In this document: piece by piece, positions 1-9,867 of the stretch
How the letters are laid out: each line of letters opens with the position of its first letter
How positions within the stretch are numbered: position 1 is the first letter of the stretch
DNA from: an uncultured virus (IMG/VR IMGVR_UViG_3300032073_000002)
Taxonomy: Duplodnaviria > Heunggongvirae > Uroviricota > Caudoviricetes
Strand: one strand, 5' to 3'
DNA length: 64,000 nt
Virus record (IMG/VR): IMGVR_UViG_3300032073_000002
Position numbers and translations under genes: made by a program
The notes under the pieces: model-generated
The model's database searches: none
What the model saw: only the letters and a program-made list of their open reading frames with translations
Told to the model about the DNA's origin: nothing

Positions 1-1168
1 GGAATGTGTTCTCACCAACTGCACGAACCATTTGTAATGGAACGTATGGGCAATAGAACATACCAGCATCATAAGGGTTAGTTCCTCTATAACCTACTGT
101 TAAGTAGTCAACACCAGCATATGGGTCAACATATACTTTAACTCTTCCGTTTAAGATACCAGCAAATGTATTGCCTGTGTCGTCAACGTTTAAGTTAGTG
201 TTAAGAGCAGGAGCGTAATCTAATACACCTGCCATAGATAGAGCAGAAGCTACATCAGATGAACATAGGATAAAGTTACCTTTTCCTCTACGTGTATCTT
301 TAGCGATGAAGTTGCTTTCTCTTTCTATTTGGAACAATAATCCTTTGAATTTCTCAACTGACCATCTTCCGTTTGCGTCAACGTCAAGGTTGAACGTACC
401 AGCAGAAGCTGTTGCAGCTGCACCAGTTTTTGCTTGGATGTTAACATTTCTGATAACTTCACGGTTGATTTCAGCAAGAATTTCTGATGAAAGAATATTT
501 GCTAGTTCTGATTCTGCGTCAAGACCGTGGATTGCTTTGAGGTCTTGTGCTAATTCGAGTGTGTACTCAGCTTTTAATGCTCTGGATTTTGCAGTAACAG
601 TTGCTTTCTCAATGGTGAATGCCATTTGAGCGAAACCGTTTGATGCTTCAACGTCACCAAGTGCTTCTGCACTTGCTGTTGACATTCCCGCACCTGTATC
701 AGTCGCATATGAACCATTGAATGGGTCATTATTACGTGCTGCTAAAGGGCCGTCTGCGACAACTTGGTTGTCATTGGAATATTTAGTATCTGCTTCAGCA
801 TGTAATGCTTCAGTTTTACCTTCTCTTCCTACAGATGGATAGTCATTATATCTTGCTTTCATAGCAAATATAAGTCCTGTTGGGCCTGTCATAGGCTGAA
901 CACCACAAATGTCGTATGCAACGAGATTTGGCATAGCTCTACGTACTAATGAAATCAAGATTGGATTCCAGTTAGCAACTGCAGAACTTCCAGTAGCATT
1001 TAAAGGTGCTGCTTCCTCAAGAGCTTGACCTTCTTCGAAAAGGGCCTTCTCTTGGTTTTCAAGGATTACAGCAGTAACAGCACGCTTGTAGTTATCTTCG
1101 ATTTTTGGTAAATCGGAGTGTTCTAGAATCGGTTGCCACTTCTCTTGTAAGTTTTCTGATAAAAACAT
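1..1168 (-). CDS. gp23: Major capsid protein, T4 gp23 family (3' end runs off the window)
   Basis: Read manually because it is absent from the ORF track. ATG at 1168 gives MFLSENLQEKWQPILEH...; it contains LVAYDICGVQPMTGPTGLIFAM, AEYTLELAQDLKAIHGLDAESELANILSSEILAEINRE and YCPYVPLQMV; it lies downstream of gp22. Confidence 0.97.
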   Translation of the reverse strand, partial: MFLSENLQEKWQPILEHSDLPKIEDNYKRAVTAVILENQEKALFEEGQALEEAAPLNATGSSAVANWNPILISLVRRAMPNLVAYDICGVQPMTGPTGLIFAMKARYNDYPSVGREGKTEALHAEADTKYSNDNQVVADGPLAARNNDPFNGSYATDTGAGMSTASAEALGDVEASNGFAQMAFTIEKATVTAKSRALKAEYTLELAQDLKAIHGLDAESELANILSSEILAEINREVIRNVNIQAKTGAAATASAGTFNLDVDANGRWSVEKFKGLLFQIERESNFIAKDTRRGKGNFILCSSDVASALSMAGVLDYAPALNTNLNVDDTGNTFAGILNGRVKVYVDPYAGVDYLTVGYRGTNPYDAGMFYCPYVPLQMVRAVGENTF

Positions 1169-1185
1169 TTTATTTTTCCTTTAAA

Positions 1186-2526
1186 TTATCCTAATGGATT
1201 TAGTTTAGTTATTGCTTGAGTGTACTGTTGCATATCGGGAGCAAGTACTGGTTCTTTCTCTTCAGAAATTTCCCCTGTTCCTTCTTCTACAATAGTATCC
1301 TCAACTAGTTTATCAACATCACTTGGGAAGTAAGCTTCAGCGATTTCTGCAATCTTCTCAGCGAAGTCTGCTTCATCTTTGAAGTCTACACCATTTGATA
1401 ATGATTCTAGCTTCTCTTTTTGTGACTCAGACAAACTGTTACCAGCAGTCTTTACCACGTTACTTCTCTTGAGGGCATCTAACTCTTCTGTAATGTCAAT
1501 ATTTTTACTGACTTCACCATCAAGTTTCTGTTCCATCTCGTCGAGACGATTTGCGAGTTCATCGATTACGTTATACTTATCTTCGGGAACGTCAACATAA
1601 TGTTCTACGAACAATGTTTTCAATCCGTCGATGAAGTTTTCAGTCATCTCTGCTCTCAATCCTCTTTCAATTGCAAGTTCGTTTTCTTTCGTCCACTCTT
1701 CTGCAACATAAGAAAGATATTTGTCAACGCCTTCTGCGAGGTCGGCTTTGACTTTTTCTACTGAGGATTTTAATTCTTCTGAATATTGATTTTCTAAAGA
1801 CTCTTTAATCTCTTCTACTTTAGATGAGACTGCAGCCTTGAAGATAGTTTTTGCTTTCTCTTGATTCTCTTCTGAGATATCTAGTGCTTCTGAGATTTTA
1901 GATAGGTCGTCTTCTACTTCAATCTCGACTAGATTTGCTTCGAGCTCTGCAGAAGTTTCTTCGTCAACGATTTCCTCTTTGACTTCTTCTTCCTCTTCTT
2001 CTTCCTTAGACCACTTCTCAGCAATATCTGATACTGCTTCTTCGTCCATAGACTTTAGTGATTCAACAATTTTTCTAGCTACTTCTGCTTTAGTCAAGGT
2101 TTCGTCAACTTCTTCTTCTGATATAGAACTGAATCTAGTTTGAAGTTCTTCCTTAGTCATTTCCTTCATGTTGTTGACGATAGCTTTGATTGATTCCATT
2201 TTTGTTGCCTTAACAACATCTTTAGACTCTTCTTCTTCTGAAACTTTTGCAAGTTTAGGTTGACTGTCACCTTTTCCAGCATTCTTTTGATGTGCATCAC
2301 CACTAACTGGTTTCACATTTTCTGCTTTCTTCTGTGCATCAACTGCTTTGTCAACAGGATTTTCTTCGGGTTTGACGACTTCAGCTTTACCGCTTTCGAT
2401 TTTCTCGGCATCTGATGAACCTTGCTTAACAGGTTTCGCGTCACCTTTTTGAGCACCGTCTGTAGGTTGCTTCTCTTCAGAAACTTCTACTTCTGTACTT
2501 TCTAGGTTATTTTCTAACTCTGCCAT
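1186..2526 (-). CDS. gp22: Prohead core scaffold protein
   Basis: Acidic coiled-coil protein with VDKYLSYVAEEWTKENELAIERG..FIDGLKTLFVEHYVDVP; lies between gp21 and gp23. Confidence 0.9.
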   Translation of the reverse strand: MAELENNLESTEVEVSEEKQPTDGAQKGDAKPVKQGSSDAEKIESGKAEVVKPEENPVDKAVDAQKKAENVKPVSGDAHQKNAGKGDSQPKLAKVSEEEESKDVVKATKMESIKAIVNNMKEMTKEELQTRFSSISEEEVDETLTKAEVARKIVESLKSMDEEAVSDIAEKWSKEEEEEEEVKEEIVDEETSAELEANLVEIEVEDDLSKISEALDISEENQEKAKTIFKAAVSSKVEEIKESLENQYSEELKSSVEKVKADLAEGVDKYLSYVAEEWTKENELAIERGLRAEMTENFIDGLKTLFVEHYVDVPEDKYNVIDELANRLDEMEQKLDGEVSKNIDITEELDALKRSNVVKTAGNSLSESQKEKLESLSNGVDFKDEADFAEKIAEIAEAYFPSDVDKLVEDTIVEEGTGEISEEKEPVLAPDMQQYTQAITKLNPLG

Positions 2527-2554
2527 GTTTTTCTCCTGTTTGAGTTTACTTTTT

Positions 2555-2562
2555 TATTTATA
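2555..2562 (-). promoter_or_regulatory. T4-type late promoter TATAAATA upstream of gp22/gp23
   Basis: Exact TATAAATA on the minus strand in the intergenic gap. Confidence 0.8.
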
Positions 2563-2564
2563 TG

Positions 2565-3218
2565 TTATAGGCTTTCAACAAACCTTTTCCATAGATTTAA
2601 CTTAGTTTCTTCCAATTTATTCAATTTAGCACCCCTTAATTGGGTTCTCATTGACTCTGAATCAACTGCTTTCAATATACCGTTAGACATAATCCACTCT
2701 ACACCCTCGTATATACCTTCAACGAAGGCCTCGGGGGCAGATGGGTCTGCGACTATATCGGCTGCTGTTGCCAGTTGGAAGTCACCTTTTACGTATTGAG
2801 CGCCACCTTTTTCTTCCAAGGAACCTAATCCTCTAGATGATACTCCTAATTTGGCACCGTCATCGATTAAATTTCTTACGATTTGACCGTTTGGTGTGCT
2901 CAAAATTTTTGCACGTCCCACATAATTGTTACCATCTTCTTCTAAAGATGTGATTAAGTGTGACACTTTGTCAAGATTAATAGTTGGGCCTTCGGGATGT
3001 CCGAGTTCTCCAAATGCTCTATCCTTCTCAACGAATTCTTTTCTATAACGGTTAACTTCTTTTTCCATTATCTCTTTAGGATAAACTCTACCGTTACGGT
3101 TTTTAATTTCTGACTGCATGAACACTCCTTCAATGAAGTATTCCTTCTGTCCTTTCTCATTTGCTTCAATGATTACTGGTGACATTTGATAGTCATTATA
3201 TTCAGATATTAATTTCAT
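2565..3218 (-). CDS. gp21: Prohead protease
   Basis: Motifs NRNGRVYP, GELGHP, GVSSRGLGSL and DIVADPSAP; synteny. Confidence 0.96.
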   Translation of the reverse strand: MKLISEYNDYQMSPVIIEANEKGQKEYFIEGVFMQSEIKNRNGRVYPKEIMEKEVNRYRKEFVEKDRAFGELGHPEGPTINLDKVSHLITSLEEDGNNYVGRAKILSTPNGQIVRNLIDDGAKLGVSSRGLGSLEEKGGAQYVKGDFQLATAADIVADPSAPEAFVEGIYEGVEWIMSNGILKAVDSESMRTQLRGAKLNKLEETKLNLWKRFVESL

Positions 3219-3504
3219 TTATAATTTCCTCTATGTTTATACCTTCTTCGGACATGTTTTGCATTATTTTTTTAATGTCTTTCATTTCTTTCTCTGCAGC
3301 TTTTAAATCTTTATATGGTGAATCTCCACTAAAGAGATTACCATCTAGATATACATCTACCTTATTTCTTTTGTTCTGAACATAAGATACAGATATCTTC
3401 TTACCACCAACCTTTGCGACATCAACTTTAAGTTCTTTGGAACCACTTGGCAATTTAATTTTTGCCTCGTTAAGTTCTAGTTGTACTGTCTTAAAGGACT
3501 TCAC
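3202..3504 (-). CDS. Small head-module protein (gp68 position); likely GTG start at 3504
   Basis: The ORF track gives 3202..3555, but GTG at 3504 follows a GGAG Shine-Dalgarno and avoids overlap with the upstream ORF. Confidence 0.6.
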   Translation of the reverse strand: MKSFKTVQLELNEAKIKLPSGSKELKVDVAKVGGKKISVSYVQNKRNKVDVYLDGNLFSGDSPYKDLKAAEKEMKDIKKIMQNMSEEGINIEEIINEINI

Positions 3505-3505
3505 T

Positions 3506-3682
3506 CTACTCTCCTGTAGGTTCCTGTGGTGTTTCCATCCAGTCGACTTGAGCATTAACTCTCTTCATGTCTACTGCATCAGCAGCTGCTTTCTTAATTC
3601 CATCACCGATAGAACCTTTTGCAGCTTCAAGTTGACCTGCTTCTATTTGGTCAACGATTTGTTTTGCTATTTCGCTACTCAT
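3506..3682 (-). CDS. Small prohead core protein (gp67-like), 58 aa
   Basis: Read manually: MSSEIAKQIVDQIEAGQLEAAKGSIGDGIKKAAADAVDMKRVNAQVDWMETPQEPTGE; AGGAG SD; immediately after the portal gene. Confidence 0.7.
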   Translation of the reverse strand: MSSEIAKQIVDQIEAGQLEAAKGSIGDGIKKAAADAVDMKRVNAQVDWMETPQEPTGE

Positions 3683-3691
3683 AATTTACTC

Positions 3692-5227
3692 CTAAAATCC
3701 ACCGAAGTCATCTTCGTTATCATCTCCACCCTCATCACTTCCTTCTTTCTTGATTTGGGCATCAATTATTTTTATGTCTTCTTCTGTTTGTCTTAGTACA
3801 TACTTTCTGATATATTCATCTGAATAGTATTTACCAACATAATCAGCTGCCTGACTGAGAGTATCTAATCTCTCTCTTAAAATTTCTGCATCTTTCAACT
3901 CTGTAAAGTGGTTGTCTGTTGCATAATCATACAGGAAAAAGTCCTTTATTTTATCAAACTCTTCACCTGTTACGACTTCCTTTAGTACTAATTGTGTCTT
4001 AAGGATGTCTGTAAAAACTCTTCCAAACTTCTTCTGAAGTCTATTAGTGAACTTATTAAATTTAAGTTCGTCTCTAGAAATCTCAGAAGCACGACCCATG
4101 TTAAACCCATTGTCTGCTTCCATTCTAGATGAAGGTACATTTAGAGACTGATATAACTTCTTCTTGAAGTATTCGATATCATCTATATCTGCTAGGTTTT
4201 GTCCGCCTGGCAATGTAGTAATCTCTGTTCCTCTACCACCTTCTCTTCTAGGTAACCAAAAATCTTCTAACATACTCATATGTTTTCTATCATCTTTGAT
4301 TTCACCTGTATCTGCATTGTAAACCAACTTGTTCTTGTATCGGTTCATTACATCAGCAAGATACTGTTCTGCTTTTGCTTTTGGAAGGTTACCTACGTCG
4401 ATGTAGAATATTCTTCTCTCGGGAGCTCTTGAAATCCTATAGATAACAAGTGCATCTTCCATCATTGATAACTGATTTGCAGTCTTCAATGCCTTGTGCA
4501 GATACCCGATGACTACGTTCTTAGTGTAGTCAAGTAATCCCGAAGTCGTATATGTTACTGCCTCGGGTGCAATTCGTACAGTGCTTCCTTCAGCTGCACT
4601 GGATTTATCAAACCCTTTATCATTGAAAACATAGAACTCTTCTATCTTTGAAATCCTTTCGATTTTAGTCTTAGGGTCTCTTTCCTTTTCAATGTTTCTG
4701 ACCTTCTTAATCTTAATTGGGTCAATGTTTCTTAAGTCTACTATGCCTCTTTTAACATTTTTAGCGTCGACGACTTTATGGAAGTATACTCTTCCATCTA
4801 CGTACCATTTTCTGAATAATTCATGAGAGTTCTGATTGAACTTCATCATTGATAGGATGTTGTAAAACTCGTCTTGTATCTTACCTTTGATACTATCAGA
4901 GAGCTTAACATCTCTGAGGTCGAGTGTGACTATCCTATCAGAACTATCCGATGTGATACACTCATTAACTATATCTTCAATTGCAGAATCACATTCTGGC
5001 ACCAAAGATACCTCACGATATCTACGAATGAGTTCTGCCTCATTCTTGATACCACCTTCCATATCGACGTAAGCACCATATGCTCCGCCACCTATGAATC
5101 CACTTTGTTGTTGTATGACTGGTGTACCGTCATCATCAACTGGTGGAACAAAAGAAGGTGCCTTCGGCAACTCCTTTGCTCTTAAGTCATCCTTCTTACG
5201 GGATATTTCAAATCCTAAAATTTCCAT
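3692..5227 (-). CDS. gp20: Portal vertex protein
   Basis: Motifs MMEDALVIYRISRAPERRIFYIDVGNLPKAKAEQY and EDFWLPRREGGRGTEITTLPGG. Confidence 0.98.
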   Translation of the reverse strand: MEILGFEISRKKDDLRAKELPKAPSFVPPVDDDGTPVIQQQSGFIGGGAYGAYVDMEGGIKNEAELIRRYREVSLVPECDSAIEDIVNECITSDSSDRIVTLDLRDVKLSDSIKGKIQDEFYNILSMMKFNQNSHELFRKWYVDGRVYFHKVVDAKNVKRGIVDLRNIDPIKIKKVRNIEKERDPKTKIERISKIEEFYVFNDKGFDKSSAAEGSTVRIAPEAVTYTTSGLLDYTKNVVIGYLHKALKTANQLSMMEDALVIYRISRAPERRIFYIDVGNLPKAKAEQYLADVMNRYKNKLVYNADTGEIKDDRKHMSMLEDFWLPRREGGRGTEITTLPGGQNLADIDDIEYFKKKLYQSLNVPSSRMEADNGFNMGRASEISRDELKFNKFTNRLQKKFGRVFTDILKTQLVLKEVVTGEEFDKIKDFFLYDYATDNHFTELKDAEILRERLDTLSQAADYVGKYYSDEYIRKYVLRQTEEDIKIIDAQIKKEGSDEGGDDNEDDFGGF

Positions 5228-5232
5228 ACTAA

Positions 5233-5240
5233 TATTTATA
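5233..5240 (-). promoter_or_regulatory. T4-type late promoter TATAAATA upstream of gp20
   Basis: Exact match 5 nt before the gp20 start codon. Confidence 0.75.
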
Positions 5241-5269
5241 CCACGCTAAGGTGGTCTGTTTCACTGTTC

Positions 5270-5767
5270 TTAAAGAACTCTTTCCCAGTGAGAGAAAGTT
5301 AAATCAACTGTAAATTCTTCTAATGCATCGACTGTTTCGTAGCTTAATGCTATTTCACCGATGTTTTTAGGGAACATGTTGAAGAACTCATATCTCGCTA
5401 GTACAGAGTCGTCTTTGTTTAACTGTTCTACAAATCCTCTTGATAATAAGTAATCAAGTGTAGTAGACCCTTCACCACTATCCATTGCTTGGATTTCCAT
5501 CTGCCATGCTTCTAAAGCAGTTCTTGCTGAAAATTCCATATCATTGATGATAGTAACTGACCAGTCTGCAAAAGAACGTTCCCCTGCTAACTTTAAGTTT
5601 GCTCCTCTAAAAGGTATTACAACTTCACTTAACGTTGCAGCTGGGATGTTTGCACCTTTACACATGAACTCGATATTGTTTCCAGCTCTTGGTAAGAATA
5701 CTCTAAAACGGTTTGCTCTTGGGCCACCACCGATTAGTTGTGCTTTAAATTGGTCTATTGTTGCCAT
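5270..5767 (-). CDS. gp19: Tail tube protein
   Basis: Motifs GGGPRANRFRV, LAGERSFADWSVT and FPKNIGEIALSYE; follows the sheath gene. Confidence 0.95.
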   Translation of the reverse strand: MATIDQFKAQLIGGGPRANRFRVFLPRAGNNIEFMCKGANIPAATLSEVVIPFRGANLKLAGERSFADWSVTIINDMEFSARTALEAWQMEIQAMDSGEGSTTLDYLLSRGFVEQLNKDDSVLARYEFFNMFPKNIGEIALSYETVDALEEFTVDLTFSHWERVL

Positions 5768-5779
5768 GTTTTATACTCC

Positions 5780-7780
5780 TTAAACTGCACCATAAATTTC
5801 ACTAAACTCAACACCCGACCTTGCAGCCACGAAGTTAAGAGTGATAAAGTTAATACTTCTAGAAGGTTTCACAAAGATAGAACATACAAATTCGTTTCTA
5901 TCGATGACTGAATCAGTGTTGTTTGTTTCGTCACAAACTACTGAGAAATCTACTAGTCCTCTTCTGTTTTTTACGTCTCTTAGGAAAGGTTCTATTGCAG
6001 CTCTAAACTGAGCTCTTGTGAATGCATCGTTGAATTCAAAGAGTTGTGATTTAGCTGCAGTTGATATTGCCTTTTCTAGTACGATGAATAGTCTTCTTAC
6101 GTTGATTCTGTCGAATGCAGAAGGACTTGTTAATGCAGTCTTATCACCGTAAAGAATTGTACCTTGGCCTGGGAATGTTACTACTGGATTAACTCTTGCA
6201 CGGTATAAGTCATCTCTAGATGCTTGTGAAGGGTTAAATGCAAGTTTAGTAATTCCTAGGTATTGTCCTCTAGAGAATCCTGCTGGTGAGAACCATGCAT
6301 CTCTAAGAAGGTCTGACCTTGCCATAACGCCTGCTGTATGTCCGTTAGCAGGTACGTAACAGTACTTATCGTTGTATCTGTCATATTGATATGTCCAACC
6401 GCTGTCAATTACGGCATATGAACTTGATGACATAGTGTTTGCAGTTGTGATAACGTTCGCTGCTTGTGATGACTCTGAAGTAACACCAACAACGTCTGCA
6501 CGTCTTGGAGACATGATTGCGATACAATCTTTTCTACCTTCTGCAATTAAAACTGCTTGATTAGAAAGAGTAGTCCAGTCTGCAAGAATATCTTGGTCTG
6601 TACCACTTCCGTTATCAGTTCTTGAAGAACCTACGATTAAGAAAGATATATCAGATGTTTCACCATCTTTAAAATGCATATCCCATGTACCGTACTTCTG
6701 CGCTGCAGTTGGAGTTCTTCCATTTGCACCGTTTGCTAGGGATGTAACTTCTGCCAATGTTGGTCTTAAGAATGCTTTACCCGAAGTAGCTGATACTGCG
6801 TGTGTTCTGTGTTCATTTGCAGTGTTAACCATTGCAGTTGAATGTTGTCCCCAATATACCCACTCTGAACTGTTTCCTATTACATTTCTGTAGTAGTTAG
6901 ACTCACCACTTGAATCTTTTGCGTCTGACGCAAGAGAAACAAATCCATAAGTCTCTAACATTGAGTGTGGAACTCCTGTGATTGCACCGTCTTCGTCTAC
7001 TACGACTACGTGAATTTCGTCTGTTGTTCCATTAGCTGTTGTTGCTGATGCAGACTTGCCTGGAGCTTTATCGAATGATGCATAGAATTCCCAGTATCTA
7101 TTAACTGCAGTTCCGTTTGCAACGGTTGCTACTAGACCTGTTCCTGTTGGTTGTCCTAATGCTTCGATTGTGATATCGTTTGTGTTGATTGCTAGAACTC
7201 TGTATTGTTGAGTTGTTGAACCAAATGTGATGATGTCTCTGACTTGTACTAATGCACCGCCACCACTCGCAAGTGTTATAACGGTTTGACCAGCTGCCTC
7301 TTCGGCACCTGTTGTTGTCGCTGCATCATTGTAATATGCATCTGAGGATGCACATACAGAAACTTTCAATGAATTACCTAAGACGCCAGGGCATCTTGCA
7401 ATCCATTTACCTACTGTTCCACCGAGAGCTCCACTCTCGTATGATTGAACATATTCTTCATGATTTTTTAGAAGTGAAGAAGAAGAACCACCACCGTTTG
7501 CACTAAACAAACCTGTAGTGTTAATTCTAACCACTCTAAGAGATGAACCATATCTTAAAAATGCTTCTGCTGAATAAAAGTCTTCTGCTCCAGCATTAGT
7601 ATTAGCTGGTTCATAAAACTCATCGACTAAACCCTTTGTATCTGAAACTGTCTTAACTTCATCAACAGGGCCCCATTGGAATGAACCAGCGAAAGCACCA
7701 GTTGTGCTTGATACTGCTGGTACAACATTTGTAAGGTCTACCTCTTTGACCTGTACGCCTGGTGATACTTGAAATGCCAT
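5780..7780 (-). CDS. gp18: Contractile tail sheath protein
   Basis: Motifs SPGVQVKEVDLT, WFSPAGFSRG, SAFDRINVRRLF and KPSRSINFITLNFVA. Confidence 0.98.
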   Translation of the reverse strand: MAFQVSPGVQVKEVDLTNVVPAVSSTTGAFAGSFQWGPVDEVKTVSDTKGLVDEFYEPANTNAGAEDFYSAEAFLRYGSSLRVVRINTTGLFSANGGGSSSSLLKNHEEYVQSYESGALGGTVGKWIARCPGVLGNSLKVSVCASSDAYYNDAATTTGAEEAAGQTVITLASGGGALVQVRDIITFGSTTQQYRVLAINTNDITIEALGQPTGTGLVATVANGTAVNRYWEFYASFDKAPGKSASATTANGTTDEIHVVVVDEDGAITGVPHSMLETYGFVSLASDAKDSSGESNYYRNVIGNSSEWVYWGQHSTAMVNTANEHRTHAVSATSGKAFLRPTLAEVTSLANGANGRTPTAAQKYGTWDMHFKDGETSDISFLIVGSSRTDNGSGTDQDILADWTTLSNQAVLIAEGRKDCIAIMSPRRADVVGVTSESSQAANVITTANTMSSSSYAVIDSGWTYQYDRYNDKYCYVPANGHTAGVMARSDLLRDAWFSPAGFSRGQYLGITKLAFNPSQASRDDLYRARVNPVVTFPGQGTILYGDKTALTSPSAFDRINVRRLFIVLEKAISTAAKSQLFEFNDAFTRAQFRAAIEPFLRDVKNRRGLVDFSVVCDETNNTDSVIDRNEFVCSIFVKPSRSINFITLNFVAARSGVEFSEIYGAV

Positions 7781-7819
7781 ACTTTTTCTCCTGTTAATGT
7801 AAAAAGTTGTTTACTGTTT

Positions 7820-7827
7820 TATTTATA
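7820..7827 (-). promoter_or_regulatory. T4-type late promoter TATAAATA upstream of gp18
   Basis: Exact match in the intergenic region. Confidence 0.8.
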
Positions 7828-7859
7828 ACTTTTAATTTCCTAACTTAATAGCTTTATTA

Positions 7860-9449
7860 CTATTCCATGTTTTTGTGATACCATCTGTCACCTTGATTAT
7901 CAACAAATGATGTTTCCTGTTGTGAAACATCTCCAAAGACTCCTGCTGGTAGCAAGTCGTCTTGAATTATCTTCTGTTGTTCAGCATACAACAAGTCTTT
8001 GACCTGTGTATCTGTCAAGTGATAAAAGTATTCCGTGGTGATAAACCAACTAAACATGACAACATTCATTACCATGTCGTCATGATATCCTCTATCAGCC
8101 TCGAAACTAGTACCTTTATTTATGAAGGTCATGAGCTCCGTGATTGTAGGTCTATCTACTAACTCTAATCTGTGTTCTTCCAACAATTCTTTCATTGTAG
8201 AACATCCGATACGTTTAATCTTTCTCGACATTGTAACTCCAATGTCTTCTGCTTTTGCAAACCCTTGAGTAAAGACGTTTTCGTACTCTATATCATAGTG
8301 CAATTGATTGGCCACCATAGCACCTTCGTTATTATTCTCAATTATTACAATTGGTTTATTGTAAGGTGTTACAAACTTATTTATAATATCGGGGAAGAGA
8401 AGGGGACTTATCATGTTATCTCTGTACACAGCCACTTGTTTAAAGGGTTGAACCGACACATCGAAGATACTAAACGTCGACCAGTCCATTCCTCTACCCT
8501 TTGCAACATCAACTGTACATATGTATTCGTGACCTTCTACTGGTCTATCATACATAACAAAACCATCTTTCTCATACTCTCCTTCTACTGCTTTCATTTC
8601 TAATAGTGTGTTACTATTGATAAGAGTATTACCAGTTCCTAAGAAACTGTTACCATATTCCTGTTCGAACTGTGCTTCAGATGTGTTTGCAATAGTCTGT
8701 TGTTTCCATTCTTCATCTCTGCCAGGCACGTCAAACCAGTTAATAAGAAAGTCTTTATACTCTGATTGTCCATGTACTGCACTTTCATATATCTTATGAA
8801 ACATATTACCTACACCGTTTGCAGTAGAGGTGATTATAACCTTCGAATCTTTACCCGAGGTAACAACTGGATATGTTGCAGTATAGAACGTTGCAGCGTC
8901 TTCTACGAATGCAAACTCATCCAAGTATAGTAGATTGATAGACATACCACGAATTGATGATGATGACGTTGCAGCTGCAACTACCTTCGAATCATTTGCA
9001 AATTCGATAGAACCTTTGTTTAGAATCTTAACGCCGGGCTGTAAAAAGAACGGAACCGATTCTAACATAGTAACAATACGTGCAATCATCTCCCTTGCAA
9101 TTGCACCTTTGTTTGCAAGAACGGCTACAGTTACTTCGGGATGAAACACTAAGAACCACAATAAGTATGCACAAGAAGTGATGGATTTACCACTCTGTCT
9201 TGATGCAAGTACTACATTAAAACGATTACTATCGTAATGTTTTATAAGTTTATCTTGATATCCACGAAGCTTAAAAGGTACCATACCTTCATCTAGTGAT
9301 ATAATTTGTGTGTAATTTTCAATGAAATGACATGGGTCTTCAGAACACTTCATGTATTCTGCAAGCTCTTTTTCGGTATATTGATGTTCTATACCCGAAC
9401 GTTTGATGAGGTTGTTACCTAAGTATCCCTCGTTTGTAGGTTGTACCAT
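7860..9449 (-). CDS. gp17: Terminase large subunit
   Basis: Walker A SRQSGKS, Walker B LLYLDEFAF, ITSTANG, nuclease motifs VDVAKG and HDDMVM. Confidence 0.98.
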   Translation of the reverse strand: MVQPTNEGYLGNNLIKRSGIEHQYTEKELAEYMKCSEDPCHFIENYTQIISLDEGMVPFKLRGYQDKLIKHYDSNRFNVVLASRQSGKSITSCAYLLWFLVFHPEVTVAVLANKGAIAREMIARIVTMLESVPFFLQPGVKILNKGSIEFANDSKVVAAATSSSSIRGMSINLLYLDEFAFVEDAATFYTATYPVVTSGKDSKVIITSTANGVGNMFHKIYESAVHGQSEYKDFLINWFDVPGRDEEWKQQTIANTSEAQFEQEYGNSFLGTGNTLINSNTLLEMKAVEGEYEKDGFVMYDRPVEGHEYICTVDVAKGRGMDWSTFSIFDVSVQPFKQVAVYRDNMISPLLFPDIINKFVTPYNKPIVIIENNNEGAMVANQLHYDIEYENVFTQGFAKAEDIGVTMSRKIKRIGCSTMKELLEEHRLELVDRPTITELMTFINKGTSFEADRGYHDDMVMNVVMFSWFITTEYFYHLTDTQVKDLLYAEQQKIIQDDLLPAGVFGDVSQQETSFVDNQGDRWYHKNME

Positions 9450-9865
9450 TACTTATTCTTCTTTAGAAATTTCTGTAACTCGGATGTTGAACCGACATAT
9501 AGATGATTGTGTTGTGTTCCAATCCGTTTCTCTTCGTCGTCCTTTTCTAATTCCTTTAATTTCTTCTGCACGTCTAATAATTTTTCTGCAGTATCACCAA
9601 CCGTTTTAAGCAATTGTCCAGCAACTTCATATGCACGAGGATGTTCTGTTTCCTTTGCAACATCTAAGATACCTTCGATTGCATCTTGCCCACGCTCTAC
9701 AAGACCATAGAGATTTTCTCTTGCATATTTGTAGTCGTTTACTATTGATTCACCTCTGTCTTTAACAGTAGGTAATTTTTTGGGAAGTATTTCTACTTCT
9801 GCTTTGATTTCAGTGTGAATGTCTAAGACATCATCTAACTGTTTATCTATCGTGTCTTTTGTCAT
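9449..9865 (-). CDS. gp16: Terminase small subunit
   Basis: DYKYARENLY..HPRAYEVAGQL..YVGSTSELQKFL; coupled to gp17. Confidence 0.93.
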   Translation of the reverse strand: MTKDTIDKQLDDVLDIHTEIKAEVEILPKKLPTVKDRGESIVNDYKYARENLYGLVERGQDAIEGILDVAKETEHPRAYEVAGQLLKTVGDTAEKLLDVQKKLKELEKDDEEKRIGTQHNHLYVGSTSELQKFLKKNK

Positions 9866-9867
9866 TA

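Noticed and set aside
306..629. Plus-strand ORFs opposite structural genes (this one and many others in the ORF track), and minus-strand ORFs opposite 57690-61261
   Set aside because: They are antisense shadows of well-supported genes, with no recognisable motifs or ribosome-binding sites.
7860..9449. Intron or intein in the terminase, portal or capsid genes
   Set aside because: The ORFs are continuous, of normal length, and lack splicing or homing-endonuclease motifs.
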